Shown: in pieces, positions 19,749 through 30,716 of the stretch | Layout of the letters: each line of letters opens with the position of its first letter | Numbering within the stretch: position 1 is the first letter of the stretch | DNA from: Candidatus Doudnabacteria bacterium | GTDB lineage: Bacteria > Patescibacteriota > Doudnabacteria > UBA920 > VMFF01 | Assembly (NCBI GenBank): GCA_028286905.1 | Contig: JAQBQP010000001.1 | Coordinates: forward strand, 79,114 to 143,113 | DNA: 64,000 nt | Direction: 5' to 3' | Notes under the pieces: generated by a model | Seen by the model: only the letters and a program-made list of their open reading frames with translations | Told to the model about the DNA's origin: nothing | Database searches by the model: none | Made by a program: the position numbers and the translations under genes

Positions 19749-20632
19749 TAAAATTCCAGTTTTTTAGTTATAACCTGACTTTCGGTGACATGCAGCACTC
19801 CAAGTTTTTTGAAAATGTAATAAAGGATCATTGCGACAAAGGCGAAGAGGAATCTACCAATTGGCCAGATTACTAACAATGAAACGAATATTACAAAAAT
19901 TCCAGCCTTATCTACATTAAATTCTTTTACAATGTCGTTTAATCGAAAGGCCACAAACTGTTTACCCACGTCTGACATTTTTTCATCACCATTCACATCA
20001 AAGCCCACTTGTTGAGAAATTTGCTTCTTCTCTGCATTTAACATTGATGGGCTTGGGTTATTAATCCCTTGTTCTTTGAATTGATCAGCTAGATATTTAT
20101 TGACTGTTTCCCCGGAATTGAACTGGGACAAATATTTACCCACATATGGCCAAGCAAAATTCGTTGCGCCCTGGGAAAAAGATTGAGTATGGACACTCTC
20201 AGCTAATCGAGTTTGAAGATAAGCCGAAGAGATTCCAATAACTGCTAGGATTACTAATGCGATTTTACTATAAGAGACACTGTAATATTTCAGATTTAAA
20301 CTTCGTTCCAAAGCACTAGGAAACTCCCAAAGCACTTGAGATGACAGAAACATAACAGCTGCAGATAATAAGTTTTTCCAAGTCGGTCCTAAAAACACCA
20401 CGATCCAAATTGCGCTGAGCAGCGTCGTTAAAATGAAATCGTACCGATCTTTAGTCAAAGCTACGACAAACAGAAAAGCATAGCTCATTGCTAAGAAGAC
20501 AAAGAAAAGCGTCCAGTTTAGACCGTTACCTGTCAAAACACTAGCAGAGGTGAAAACTCTGCTAAAAAAGTACCAGCCTAAACCGGAAAATAAAACTGTA
20601 CACAAACTTAGGACCAGTTTTTTAAATGTCAT
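19748..20632 (-). CDS. Hypothetical multi-pass membrane protein in the dnaK operon
   Basis: Five N-terminal TM helices, a soluble loop and a C-terminal TM; its stop overlaps the dnaJ start. Confidence 0.8.
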   Translation of the reverse strand: MTFKKLVLSLCTVLFSGLGWYFFSRVFTSASVLTGNGLNWTLFFVFLAMSYAFLFVVALTKDRYDFILTTLLSAIWIVVFLGPTWKNLLSAAVMFLSSQVLWEFPSALERSLNLKYYSVSYSKIALVILAVIGISSAYLQTRLAESVHTQSFSQGATNFAWPYVGKYLSQFNSGETVNKYLADQFKEQGINNPSPSMLNAEKKQISQQVGFDVNGDEKMSDVGKQFVAFRLNDIVKEFNVDKAGIFVIFVSLLVIWPIGRFLFAFVAMILYYIFKKLGVLHVTESQVITKKLEF

Positions 20633-20639
20633 GGTTTAT

Positions 20640-22493
20640 TTATTCTACCACTTCAGCGTCCACAGAACCATCTTTCTTTTGCTGGTCTGTTTTTTCTGCA
20701 CCAGCTGTGTCGGAGCCTGCTCCAGCATTACCCGCCGGCTGATCTGTAGGTTGCTGATACATTGCTGCACCAACTTTTTGGATTGAAGCGGAAAGCTCGT
20801 CCATTGCTTTTTTAATTGCTTCCAAATCATCTTTGTCTTTTACTGTTTTCAAAGCGTCTATTTTATCCTGTGCATCTTTTTTATCTGCTTCAGGAGCCTT
20901 GTCACCAGCATCTTTCAAAGTTTTTTCAGCAACAGAAAGCAAGGTATCTGCTTGGTTCCTGGTATCTACTGTTTCTCTGCGCTGCTTATCTTCAGCAGCA
21001 TGCGCCTCTGCTTCTTGCTTCATTCTTTCGATATCATCCTTAGATAAGTTCGAGGAGCCTTGAATGGTAATATGAGTTTCTTTGCCGGATGCTTTATCTT
21101 TTGCACGAACTGTTAAAATTCCGTTAGCGTCGATGTCAAAAGTAACTTCAACTTGAGGCACTCCTCTTGGCGCCGGTGGAATACCATCCAAAATAAATTT
21201 GCCTAAGGTTTTATTATCAACGGCAAATTCTCTTTCACCCTGCAAGACGTTAATTTCTACAGAAGTTTGATTGTCTGCAGCTGTGCTAAATACTTGGGAT
21301 TTGGAAGTCGGTACGGTAGTGTTTCTGTCAATTAACGGAGTGCGCACACCGCCCATTGTTTCAATTCCAAGCGTTAAGGGAGTAACGTCCAGAAGCAAAA
21401 TGTCTTTTACTTCTCCGCCTAATACTCCGGCTTGGATTGCAGCCCCTTTGGCTACGGCTTCCATTGGATCAACTCCTCGTTCGACTTGCTTGCCAATGTA
21501 ATCTTCCACGAACTTTGAAACGATCGGCATTCTAGTTGGACCGCCAACCAAAATAATTTTATCAATCTGATTTGGAGTTAACTTTGCATCAGCAATTGCC
21601 TGTTCCATCGGATGGCGCAATTTTTCAATAATTGGCTTAACCAACTCTTCCAATTTTGCTCGAGTGATTTTTAAAGCCAAATGCTTTGGCCCATTTGCAT
21701 CCGCAGTAATGAATGGCAAGTTCAAATCGGTTTCTAAAGTGGTAGAAAGTTCAATTTTTGCCTTCTCTGCAGCTTCACGAACTCTGTTCATTGCCATCTT
21801 ATCTGCAGTAACATCGATTCCGCTTTCCTTTTTAAACTCCGAAGTGATGTAATTAATCAAAGCCGTATCCATATCTTTACCGCCAAGCTGAGTATCTCCA
21901 GATGTAGAAATAACTTCAAAAACGCCTTGTCCAAAATCCATGATTGTGACATCTAAGGTGCCACCACCTAAGTCAAATACTAAGATTTTTTGTTCTTGGC
22001 CAACCTTATCAATACCGTACGCTAATGCTGCGGCAGTTGGTTCATTAATAATTCTAACAACTTCCAACCCAGCAATTTCACCTGCATTTTTTGTAGCTTG
22101 TCTTTGGGCATCGTCAAAGTAAGCCGGAACTGTAATAACCGCTTTAGCAACTGGCGCGCCCAAATAACTTTCAGCGTCTTTCTTTATTTTTTGCAAAATG
22201 AAAGCTGAAATTTGTTCTGGTGTATATTCTTTGCCATTCAAATTGTATTTAAACGCTGTGCCCATTTTTCGCTTTGCCTCAAAAACTGTCCCTTCGGGAT
22301 TTGTAACGGCCTGGCGACGAGCTGGTTCTCCTACTAATAACTGCCCATCTTTTGTGAAAGCCACATAAGACGGAAAGGCTTTACCCGCGATACTGTTTCC
22401 TTCTGCCGAAGGAATAATCACTGGTTTCGCGCCTTCCATTACAGCAGCTGCGGAGTTAGATGTACCAAGATCGATACCTATTATTTTTGACAT
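20640..22493 (-). CDS. dnaK: Chaperone DnaK
   Basis: [41 protein letters not shown]. Confidence 0.99.
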   Translation of the reverse strand: MSKIIGIDLGTSNSAAAVMEGAKPVIIPSAEGNSIAGKAFPSYVAFTKDGQLLVGEPARRQAVTNPEGTVFEAKRKMGTAFKYNLNGKEYTPEQISAFILQKIKKDAESYLGAPVAKAVITVPAYFDDAQRQATKNAGEIAGLEVVRIINEPTAAALAYGIDKVGQEQKILVFDLGGGTLDVTIMDFGQGVFEVISTSGDTQLGGKDMDTALINYITSEFKKESGIDVTADKMAMNRVREAAEKAKIELSTTLETDLNLPFITADANGPKHLALKITRAKLEELVKPIIEKLRHPMEQAIADAKLTPNQIDKIILVGGPTRMPIVSKFVEDYIGKQVERGVDPMEAVAKGAAIQAGVLGGEVKDILLLDVTPLTLGIETMGGVRTPLIDRNTTVPTSKSQVFSTAADNQTSVEINVLQGEREFAVDNKTLGKFILDGIPPAPRGVPQVEVTFDIDANGILTVRAKDKASGKETHITIQGSSNLSKDDIERMKQEAEAHAAEDKQRRETVDTRNQADTLLSVAEKTLKDAGDKAPEADKKDAQDKIDALKTVKDKDDLEAIKKAMDELSASIQKVGAAMYQQPTDQPAGNAGAGSDTAGAEKTDQQKKDGSVDAEVVE

Positions 22494-22495
22494 AA

Positions 22496-23023
22496 TTATT
22501 CCTTTCTTTTAGTTATTGTTACTTGTGCCGGTCGGATTAACTTTCCATTTATCGTATAGCCTGTTTGATATTCTTCGGCCACCATACCATCTTCGCTTCC
22601 TTCTACTTCACGAATTGCTTCGTGTAAATGTGGATCAAATTTCTTGCCAACCGCTTCTATTTTTTGGATACCCATCTCTTTCAAAGTTGTTTCAATTTGC
22701 TTCGCGATACCCATCAATCCGTTTTTCCAGTTCTGATATTTATCATCGGCCACTTCTGGAGCATGGATCATCGCTTGCTGTAATGAATCAATCACTGGCA
22801 GTAGTTGAGTAAAGGCGGCGCTTTTCCCGAAGCTCATCAGTTCAGAACTTTCAGCTTCTTTGCGCTTTCGAAAGTTTTCTAAATCTGCCTGAGTTCTCTT
22901 CCACCCAGCCAAATTTGCTTCAGCGGATTCCAGCGCTTCGCTCAGCTCTTGTTGCAAATCCTTTGGTGTGTTGTCTTCCGCAAGAACAGCATCATTTGTT
23001 GGTTCTATATCGTCCATGGTCAA
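22496..23023 (-). CDS. grpE: Nucleotide exchange factor GrpE
   Basis: [25 protein letters not shown]...GKLIRPA.V. Confidence 0.97.
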   Translation of the reverse strand: MTMDDIEPTNDAVLAEDNTPKDLQQELSEALESAEANLAGWKRTQADLENFRKRKEAESSELMSFGKSAAFTQLLPVIDSLQQAMIHAPEVADDKYQNWKNGLMGIAKQIETTLKEMGIQKIEAVGKKFDPHLHEAIREVEGSEDGMVAEEYQTGYTINGKLIRPAQVTITKRKE

Positions 23024-23035
23024 TATTATTAGTTA

Positions 23036-23767
23036 TTATTTAGTATGTAATAAGATTAGCAAGATCATTAGTGTGCCGCTGGATAACAACTTCGCAATGT
23101 ATTCAACAAGGCTTAAGTTTTTATCATAACGCATCGATTTGTGCCCAATAATCCCAATTACTCCCTTTTTGCCGGAAGGCAGCAACACTTGCGAAACGAT
23201 CAAGGAGTAGTTTTGCAAAGGCGCGAGATGGTGTTCTTGCCCAATTAAAGCTCCTGGTTCATCACTGACTCGGATTTTTTCGCTAAACATATCTAGGTTA
23301 TCAAAAAAATCTGCGATTTCAATAATTTCTTTTTTATCTAAATTTGGATTATTAAAAATATTGGACAATCCGGCAGAAGATGTCTCCTCGGGCAATAAGG
23401 CAAACGCCGCTTGATCGGATTTTTCCGCCAGGAGCTTGGCAATATTTCTGCCGATCTCTTGGGTTTGCAATTGAAACTTTACCAGCTGACTCCGAAGCAT
23501 TTTCTGCTCCTTAATCGAAATCTCAAAATGTTTCATTAATTCATTTATGAAATAGCGATAACCTAAGTCGGTAGGAATCCTGCCAGCAGAGGTATGCGGT
23601 TGTTCAATGTAGCCCATTTTTTCCAAGGCCATCATTTCGTTTCGAATTGTTGCTGAAGATACACCAAAATTATACTTCTGGTTGATTTCTTCAGAACCAA
23701 TTGGTTCAGCATTGTTCGAATACTCCCGAACAATTGCTGCTAACAATTTTGCCTGTCTTGGAGTCAT
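23036..23767 (-). CDS. hrcA: Heat-inducible transcription repressor HrcA (short form)
   Basis: SSATIRNEM..LE..GYIEQPHTSAGRIPTD.GYRYF; first gene of the dnaK operon, CIRCE upstream. Confidence 0.95.
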   Translation of the reverse strand: MTPRQAKLLAAIVREYSNNAEPIGSEEINQKYNFGVSSATIRNEMMALEKMGYIEQPHTSAGRIPTDLGYRYFINELMKHFEISIKEQKMLRSQLVKFQLQTQEIGRNIAKLLAEKSDQAAFALLPEETSSAGLSNIFNNPNLDKKEIIEIADFFDNLDMFSEKIRVSDEPGALIGQEHHLAPLQNYSLIVSQVLLPSGKKGVIGIIGHKSMRYDKNLSLVEYIAKLLSSGTLMILLILLHTK

Positions 23768-23782
23768 GTTTTTATATTAATA

Positions 23783-23809
23783 TTAGCACTCACGACTGTC
23801 AAGTGCTAA
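23783..23809. promoter_or_regulatory. CIRCE element overlapping the hrcA promoter
   Basis: TTAGCACTC-N9-AAGTGCTAA (one mismatch to consensus); minus strand reads TTGACA-17-TAATAT ending 6 nt before the hrcA ATG. Confidence 0.93.
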
Positions 23810-23903
23810 ACAATACAACCAAAGCAAAACCGCCGAACTCGTAAAAATTCGACGGCAGAGATTTAACCATATCGAGGCGGAGAAATTAGGATAAGCTACA
23901 GGA

Positions 23904-24419
23904 CTACTCTCTTTGCCAGACACAATATGCAGTGTTTCCAGTTAAGCAATGCCCGTTGTGCGGAGCATTCCAAGATGTATTGCATGCTGCCAGGGCTGGC
24001 ATATTGGAAGTTTGATTGTTTAAATTTTCCATTGGAGCGATCACAAAGGTTCCTCCGCATGGGTCTACGCCATAATCGTAGTAGTAATAAGTGTACGTGT
24101 TAGGAATATCAAGTGGATCATGAGGTACCTTGGCCATATAATTCGGGACAAGCTGGCTAAGAAAATTTGGTTGATTGTCAGCATAATAGCAGCATGGAGT
24201 GTAATTAGTTGGCATCGTGCCATTATCAATATAGTAAGCCTGTAAAGCAGTGTTTATCTGCAACAAGTCTGCTTTTCTTTTTACGTCTCTGGCATTACTG
24301 CGAGTTCTACTTACACCCACCAAAACAATTGAGACCAAAAGACCGATTATCGCAATGACAACCAACAGCTCAATTAACGTAAAGGCATTCGCAGAAGCTT
24401 GATTTGATTTTAGTTTCAT
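23904..24419 (-). CDS. Type IV pilin / GspG-like prepilin
   Basis: AFTLIELLVVIAIIGLL N-methylation motif, ARD.KRKADL, Cys-rich C-terminus. Confidence 0.9.
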   Translation of the reverse strand: MKLKSNQASANAFTLIELLVVIAIIGLLVSIVLVGVSRTRSNARDVKRKADLLQINTALQAYYIDNGTMPTNYTPCCYYADNQPNFLSQLVPNYMAKVPHDPLDIPNTYTYYYYDYGVDPCGGTFVIAPMENLNNQTSNMPALAACNTSWNAPHNGHCLTGNTAYCVWQRE

Positions 24420-24488
24420 TTACTCCGGCTAATTTTATATTAATAGTTTAACAAAGTAATATTTAATAATCAATAAAAAACTGCTCTT

Positions 24489-27311
24489 TTAGAGCAGTTT
24501 TTTTAAATATTGGCCAGTGTAACTTCGTTTTATTTTTACAATATCTTCTGGAGTACCGACCCCTATCAGCTCCCCGCCCTTATTGCCGCCTTCAGGTCCA
24601 AGATCAATTAACCAGTCTGCTGATTTAATTACATCTAAATTGTGTTCAATCACTACGACGGTATTTCCTTTTTCCACTAATTTGCTTAAGACTTGCAGCA
24701 AACGTTTGACGTCTGCGAAATGCAAACCGGTGGTTGGTTCGTCTAATATATATAGAGTGCGCCCAGTCGAAGCACGGGATAATTCGGAAGCCAACTTAAT
24801 ACGCTGTGCTTCTCCCCCCGATAGGGTGGTCGCTTGCTGGCCAAGATGCATATACCCTAAACCAACTTCTGCCAATGTGAAAAGTTTTCTATAAATCAAC
24901 GGGATGCTTTTGAAAAATTCTGCTGCTTCATCCACGGTCATTTCCAAAACCTCAGAGATATTTTTGCCTTTGTAATGAATTTCTAAAGCTTCGCGATTGT
25001 ATCTTCTGCCTTTGCATTCTTCACAAGCAACATAAACGTCCGGCAAGAAATGCATTTCTATTTTAATCACACCATCGCCGCCGCAAGTCTCACATCGCCC
25101 GCCTTTAACATTAAAAGAAAATCTCCCGGCTTTATATCCGCGCATTTTTGCTTCTGGCGTCGCCGCAAACAAATCGCGGATGTAAGTGAACACTCCTGTA
25201 TAAGTTGCTGGATTAGAGCGAGGCGTTCTACCAATTGGCGATTGATCAATATTAATAATTTTATCAACGTGCTCCATACCAACAATTTTCTTATGAGCAC
25301 CTGGGGCTTCTTTGGAACTGTAAAAATATTGTGATAAAGATTTGGCTAAAATTTCATTAAGCAAAGTGGATTTACCTGATCCGGAAACACCGGTTAAACA
25401 AACAAACTTTCCTAATGGAATATCAACGTTGATGTTCTGCAAATTGTGCTCAGTTGCTCCGATGATTGAAATCTTCTTGCCATTGCCAGGGTGCCTGCGC
25501 TTTGGCACTTCAATCTTTTCTGCGCCGGAAAGGTATTGCCCAGTAATAGAATTTTTATTCTTTGCAATTTGCGCTGGAGTTCCTTCGCCAATAATTTCAC
25601 CGCCATGTTTACCTGCGCCGGGACCAATGTCGACAACCCAGTCTGCGGCTTCAATTGTGTCTTGGTCATGCTCTACCACAATTACAGTATTACCAAGATC
25701 TCTTAAGCCTTTTAAAGTTTTAAGTAATCGATCATTATCTCTTTGATGCAAACCAATTGAAGGTTCGTCTAATATATAGAGCACTCCGGTTAAGCCAGAG
25801 CCGACCTGCGTCGCCAGACGAATACGTTGTGCTTCCCCGCCCGATAAAGTATCCGCGCCACGATCCAATGTTAAATAGTTTAAACCCACATCCAATAGGA
25901 AGGTTAAACGGGCGCAAATTTCTTTAAGAATTTGGTGTGCGATTTTTTTATCTTTTTCAGAAAGTTTTTTACTTAACGCCTGGAAAAAGACATCGGCGTC
26001 ATCGATGCTCATCGTCGATGTGTCAACAATTGATTTATCGGCTACAGTTACGGCCAAAACTTCTGGCTTTAATCTTTTACCATGACAAGATGGACATTCA
26101 CTAATGCGCATATAGTTCTCGATTTCATTGCGCATGTAGTCAGAGTCTGTTTCTTTGTATCTTCTTTCCAAGTTTGGGACCACGCCCTCAAAAGTAGTAT
26201 TGAAGCCATACTCATAATCTTCTTTTGAAGCTTCAACTTTTATCTTCTTTTCACCGGTTCCATGCAAAATAACATCAATTGCTTTTTCAGAAAGTTGGGA
26301 AATTGGTACATCCATCGAAAAACCATATTCATTTGCAACAGCTGTAAGCATTCGGGAATACCAAGAAATTCGGGAAGTGGTTTTGCTCCATGGTCGAATC
26401 GCACCTTCTGCTAATGTCAGCTTTGGATTAGGCATCACCAATTCTGGAGCGATTTCCAAGCGAGTGCCTAGGCCGGTACAAGTGGGGCACGCCCCATGCG
26501 GAGAATTGAACGAAAAGTTACGCGGAGCTAATTCCGGCATGCTCATATGCCCTTCGGGGCAAGCAAATTTCTGAGACAATAAAAATTCCTTACCGGTATC
26601 AAGATTTTGAACCAGAGCCACTTCATCGCCAAGGTCTAAAGCGGTTTCCAAGGAATCTGCCAAACGAGCGCGATCATTCTTATCAATGGTAATACGATCT
26701 ACGACGACATCAATAGAGTGTTTTTTCTTCTTATCTAAATTAAGTTGCAACGCTTCGGAAAGGTCCATTACAGTTCCGTCAACACGAACACGGGCATAGC
26801 CAGCTTTTTTTGCTTCTTCCAAAACGTGACGGTGCTCCCCTTTTTGATCTTTAATAAAAGGTGCCATCAAAATAATTTTGCTGCCTTCTGGCATTGAAAC
26901 TAATTGTTCGATCATTTGAGACGCAGATTGACCAGAAATTTTCTTTCCGCAAACAGGACAATGCGGTACGCCAACCCGGGCAAACAACAAACGCAGGTAG
27001 TCATAAATTTCTGTTACGGTACCTACAGTAGAACGCGGATTATGCGACGCGGATTTTTGATCAATAGAAATTGCAGGAGAAAGCCCTTCAATGCTTTCAA
27101 CATCTGGCTTATCCATCAAACCCAAAAATTGTCTTGCATATGCAGACAGAGATTCAACGTAGCGGCGTTGGCCCTCCGCATAAATAGTGTCGAAAGCCAA
27201 AGAAGACTTACCGGAACCGGAAAGGCCGGTCATAACAATTAACTTGTTACTTGGTAAGTCTAAACTAATGTTCTTTAAATTATGTTGTTTCGCGCCACGA
27301 ATTTTGATCAT
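24489..27311 (-). CDS. uvrA: Excinuclease ABC subunit A
   Basis: Two ABC domains (GLSGSGKSS and [17 protein letters not shown]), Zn fingers, [17 protein letters not shown]. Confidence 0.99.
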   Translation of the reverse strand: MIKIRGAKQHNLKNISLDLPSNKLIVMTGLSGSGKSSLAFDTIYAEGQRRYVESLSAYARQFLGLMDKPDVESIEGLSPAISIDQKSASHNPRSTVGTVTEIYDYLRLLFARVGVPHCPVCGKKISGQSASQMIEQLVSMPEGSKIILMAPFIKDQKGEHRHVLEEAKKAGYARVRVDGTVMDLSEALQLNLDKKKKHSIDVVVDRITIDKNDRARLADSLETALDLGDEVALVQNLDTGKEFLLSQKFACPEGHMSMPELAPRNFSFNSPHGACPTCTGLGTRLEIAPELVMPNPKLTLAEGAIRPWSKTTSRISWYSRMLTAVANEYGFSMDVPISQLSEKAIDVILHGTGEKKIKVEASKEDYEYGFNTTFEGVVPNLERRYKETDSDYMRNEIENYMRISECPSCHGKRLKPEVLAVTVADKSIVDTSTMSIDDADVFFQALSKKLSEKDKKIAHQILKEICARLTFLLDVGLNYLTLDRGADTLSGGEAQRIRLATQVGSGLTGVLYILDEPSIGLHQRDNDRLLKTLKGLRDLGNTVIVVEHDQDTIEAADWVVDIGPGAGKHGGEIIGEGTPAQIAKNKNSITGQYLSGAEKIEVPKRRHPGNGKKISIIGATEHNLQNINVDIPLGKFVCLTGVSGSGKSTLLNEILAKSLSQYFYSSKEAPGAHKKIVGMEHVDKIINIDQSPIGRTPRSNPATYTGVFTYIRDLFAATPEAKMRGYKAGRFSFNVKGGRCETCGGDGVIKIEMHFLPDVYVACEECKGRRYNREALEIHYKGKNISEVLEMTVDEAAEFFKSIPLIYRKLFTLAEVGLGYMHLGQQATTLSGGEAQRIKLASELSRASTGRTLYILDEPTTGLHFADVKRLLQVLSKLVEKGNTVVVIEHNLDVIKSADWLIDLGPEGGNKGGELIGVGTPEDIVKIKRSYTGQYLKKLL

Positions 27312-27467
27312 TTTGATTTCGAATTAATGAACGATTTGCTCGGGATTCACTAACTTCCGGTCTTTGTACACGCGGTTAGAAGAAAGTATATACCCTCTGT
27401 CAACGTTGGGTCAAGGGTCAAGTTGAGGACGCAGAGTCAAGTAAATTGCTAAATAAATTGGTGGCAA

Positions 27468-27510
27468 AACAAAGACACCACTCTCAAAATCAAGAGTGGT
27501 GTCTAGGTTT
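27468..27510 (-). terminator. Terminator of GC-rich unit 1
   Basis: AGACACCACTCT...AGAGTGGTGTCT hairpin, T tract on the minus strand. Confidence 0.75.
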
Positions 27511-27531
27511 TATGACAGATCCGGGCGGGAG

Positions 27532-28257
27532 CTAGGCGGACTTCACGGTGCTCTCGGCGACCTCTGCGTCCGCCTCCAGCGCGATCGCTAGCGAGGCGTT
27601 GAGCTTGCCGGCGATCAGCGCGCGGTCGATGATGCTCTCTTCGAGCAACGCGACGTTATGCGCGTGAACGGTCTCGACATGCGCACGAATCGCGGCGAAC
27701 ACCTCCTCGTTCTCGCGATCGAGCGAGTAGAACACATCGTTGTAGAGGACGCACATCTGCACCAGGTACTCCGACGACGCCAAGGTGTGCGCGGCGAGGA
27801 AGTCCTTGAGTGCTTTCAGCTTCAGCCGCGCGTTTCGCTCGTACTGACTGAGGTCCATAGCGTAGTTCTTGGAGAGCTGCTGCACGAACGTGCAGAAGCT
27901 CTCCACCTCCGAGCGCAGACCCTTGGCGTCCTTCATCGTGGCGCGCACGAACTTGAACTGCGCGACCATCAGGTCGTTGAGGATTTCCGGCAGCATCGTG
28001 TAGGCCTTCTGAAGATCTGCGAAATTGTCGGAACTGATGTCGGACCCGACCCGATTGATCGACTCCACAAGCTCGGGAGACAACACGAAGTCCTCGATTC
28101 GCGGCTCCGCCTGCTCGTCTTCCGGAAACAAGGCGGCGAGCTCGGTCGCGAGAGCGCTTGCACGCACCCGCATCTCGACGATCAGGAAGCGTGCACCTTC
28201 GATGTTCAGCGCAACGACGGGTGCGGGAAGCCGGCTCGCAAGGCTGAGATCTGTCAT
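27532..28257 (-). CDS. GC-rich orphan helical protein (unit 1)
   Basis: 241-codon ORF, mostly G/C at third positions, GGAGGA before the ATG at 28257, own promoter and terminator. Confidence 0.75.
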   Translation of the reverse strand: MTDLSLASRLPAPVVALNIEGARFLIVEMRVRASALATELAALFPEDEQAEPRIEDFVLSPELVESINRVGSDISSDNFADLQKAYTMLPEILNDLMVAQFKFVRATMKDAKGLRSEVESFCTFVQQLSKNYAMDLSQYERNARLKLKALKDFLAAHTLASSEYLVQMCVLYNDVFYSLDRENEEVFAAIRAHVETVHAHNVALLEESIIDRALIAGKLNASLAIALEADAEVAESTVKSA

Positions 28258-28329
28258 GTGATCATTCCTCCGAATGAGGCCGCTTATCGCGGCGTTGTTG
28301 GGAACTGTTGGCGCAAAAACCAATTTGAT

Positions 28330-28358
28330 ATAGTACCATAAAAGTTATTTTTTGTCAA
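28330..28358 (-). promoter_or_regulatory. Sigma70 promoter of GC-rich unit 1
   Basis: TTGACA-17-TACTAT with TGn extension. Confidence 0.8.
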
Positions 28359-28365
28359 CACAATC

Positions 28366-28411
28366 AAAAAGCCGCCTCCTTTCTATCCGTAGATAGATTG
28401 GTGGCGGCTTT
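28366..28411 (-). terminator. Terminator of GC-rich unit 2
   Basis: AAAGCCGCC...GGCGGCTTT hairpin with T run on the minus strand. Confidence 0.7.
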
Positions 28412-28450
28412 CAGTTTACTCACTCGTGGCTTTGCTTGCTGCGCTGTCCC

Positions 28451-28660
28451 TTAGGACTTCAGCAGCGGCAGCCCGGCCATCGCCAGCATCGCCCGCTTCG
28501 AACGACGGATCCTGGTACCGCACTTCTGCGTACCGTTGGCGGTCGAACCCCTCGGCGCCGGATAGCGGCGACGCTCGGGCTGCTGAACGAGCAGCTGGAC
28601 CAGTACGATGCGGGTGATGCCGGCTTCCCGAACGACTTCGCGGCGCAGTGAGACTTTCAT
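28451..28660 (-). CDS. GC-rich small basic orphan protein (unit 2)
   Basis: AAGGAG-agattc-ATG, 69 aa, Arg-rich, lies between a promoter (28825-28853) and a terminator. Confidence 0.55.
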   Translation of the reverse strand: MKVSLRREVVREAGITRIVLVQLLVQQPERRRYPAPRGSTANGTQKCGTRIRRSKRAMLAMAGLPLLKS

Positions 28661-28824
28661 GAATCTCTCCTTGAGATTTTGCTGCCTGAGGCAGCGGTGG
28701 CCCGAATATAACGACTGTTATATTCGGAATTCTTGTGGTGCAGGGGAAGGAATTGCGAAGAGGCCACAATAAAAATATATTAGCCCTCGCAACTCTTTTC
28801 CCAACACCATATCAAGATTTCTAT

Positions 28825-28853
28825 AGGATACCAGAAACTTGTGTTTTTGTCAA
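28825..28853 (-). promoter_or_regulatory. Sigma70 promoter of GC-rich unit 2
   Basis: TTGACA-17-TATCCT with TGn extension. Confidence 0.7.
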
Positions 28854-28901
28854 GCTTATGTTCAAGTGCCAAAGAGTAATAAATACGCTATAATTCAAAG
28901 T

Positions 28902-30716
28902 ATGGCTTTAGATATCAAAGAAAAATTAAAGAATATTCCGCATAAACCTGGAGTTTACCTATTTAAAGGAAAGAATCAGGAGATCCTTTATGTTGGGAAA
29001 GCGAAGGATTTGAAGAACCGAGTTTCCCAATACTTCAGGAAGGAACACGACGGACGATTGCAAATCCCTTTTTTAATGCAGGATGTTACAGATTTCGAGC
29101 ACATCATTACCGACAACGATGTGGAGTGCTTGCTTTTAGAAAACACTTTGATAAAAAAATATAAGCCACGTTACAACATTAAATTACGTGATGATAAAAA
29201 TTATGCCTTTATAAAAATAGATTACGATTGTGAAATTCCACAGATATACACAATGAGAAACCCAGATTCTAAGAATGCTCGATATTTTGGACCATACTCC
29301 TCTGCTTTAAAGGTCCGAGAAACTTTAAATTTAGTTCGCAAAGTTTTTCCTTATTGTGCCAATAAGAAGGTAAGCAACCGTCCATGTTTTTATTACTATT
29401 TGCATCGCTGCCCTGGAGTTTGTATTGGTAAAATTTCACTTGAAGAATATCAGCAAACAATTCATAAGATTAGTTTGTTTATCGCCGGTAACATTTCTGA
29501 AGTTAAAAAAGATATCCAAAAGCAAATGCGTGAAGCCGCTTCACAAAAGCTTTTTGAACGAGCCGCTGATTTGCGCGATCAGATGCGCTCAATAGAAGTA
29601 GTTGAAGAGCGACAAAAAGCAATATTTGCAAAAAAGGTTGAATGGGATTTTATCTCTTATTTTCAAACTGCAGATAAATCTACTATTAATGTCTTTGTGA
29701 TTCGTGGAGGCAAAATGATCGATCGCAAAAACTTTATTTTAGAAGAGACCCAAAACAAATCTGGGTGTGATATTATTGATGCTTTTATGGAAAAATATTA
29801 CTTGGAAACTTCGGATCTACCAAGAGAGATATTTGTCCAGGAATTGCCGACGGATATTGAAATGATGGAGCGAGTGCTAAATGAAAAGAGCCAAAAGAAG
29901 CACAAGATTACAATCACCAAACCAAATCGTGCAAAAAAAGCCGAACTGATTACCTTAGGGATAGAAAATGCTAAAGAATATTTTGAGTCCTGGTCCCGAG
30001 ATCAAGTTTCTGAGCTTTCAAGAACAACTTTAGCGCTTGATGAATTGCAAAAAGTTTTGAAACTAAAAGAGACCCCTTTCAGAATAGAATGTTTTGATAT
30101 TTCAAATATTCAAGGTACTAACTCTGTAGCGAGCATGGTAGTATTTGAAAATGGCAAACCAAATCGTTCGCAGTACCGAAAATTTAAAATAAAAATAGAC
30201 GGTCAGCCAAATGATTTTGCAATGATGAAAGAAGCTTTAACTCGCCGCTTTCATCTTTCTCACCGGGAAGATACCGAGCAAAAGTGGCCTTTGCCTAACC
30301 TTTTAGTGGTTGATGGCGGAAAGGGTCAGCTAGGCATGGCGGTTGAAGTATTAAATGAATACGCTTTAGACATACCAGTTATTGGCCTAGCGAAACGCGA
30401 AGAAGAAATATTCTGGCCAGGCAAAGCTGAACCAATCTTATTGCCAAAATCAGATTATGCCTTACAGCTTTTACAACGTTTGCGTGATGAAGCGCATCGC
30501 TTTGCCATTACTTTCCATAAAAAACTTCGATCGAAACAAGCTTACCGATCCGTTCTCGATGACATTGCTGGCATTGGACCTAAAAAGAAAAAACTTCTTA
30601 TTAGAAAATATGGTTCGGTTGCGAACATAAAAAAACTAGCGAGCCCCGAAGAACTTTCGGAACTCGCTAGCTTAGTTGGCAAGACAGCCGCCGACGAACT
30701 AACCGCGAATTTGTAG
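28902..30716 (+). CDS. uvrC: Excinuclease ABC subunit C
   Basis: PGVY..., YVGKAKDLKNRV GIY-YIG domain, RIECFDISN, DGGKGQL, RDEAHRFA, HhH; ATG 7 nt after TATAAT. Confidence 0.98.
   Translation: MALDIKEKLKNIPHKPGVYLFKGKNQEILYVGKAKDLKNRVSQYFRKEHDGRLQIPFLMQDVTDFEHIITDNDVECLLLENTLIKKYKPRYNIKLRDDKNYAFIKIDYDCEIPQIYTMRNPDSKNARYFGPYSSALKVRETLNLVRKVFPYCANKKVSNRPCFYYYLHRCPGVCIGKISLEEYQQTIHKISLFIAGNISEVKKDIQKQMREAASQKLFERAADLRDQMRSIEVVEERQKAIFAKKVEWDFISYFQTADKSTINVFVIRGGKMIDRKNFILEETQNKSGCDIIDAFMEKYYLETSDLPREIFVQELPTDIEMMERVLNEKSQKKHKITITKPNRAKKAELITLGIENAKEYFESWSRDQVSELSRTTLALDELQKVLKLKETPFRIECFDISNIQGTNSVASMVVFENGKPNRSQYRKFKIKIDGQPNDFAMMKEALTRRFHLSHREDTEQKWPLPNLLVVDGGKGQLGMAVEVLNEYALDIPVIGLAKREEEIFWPGKAEPILLPKSDYALQLLQRLRDEAHRFAITFHKKLRSKQAYRSVLDDIAGIGPKKKKLLIRKYGSVANIKKLASPEELSELASLVGKTAADELTANL

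Noticed and set aside
27658-28341. 227-aa plus-strand ORF
   Set aside because: Antisense shadow of GC-rich unit 1; promoter, SD and terminator all support the minus strand.
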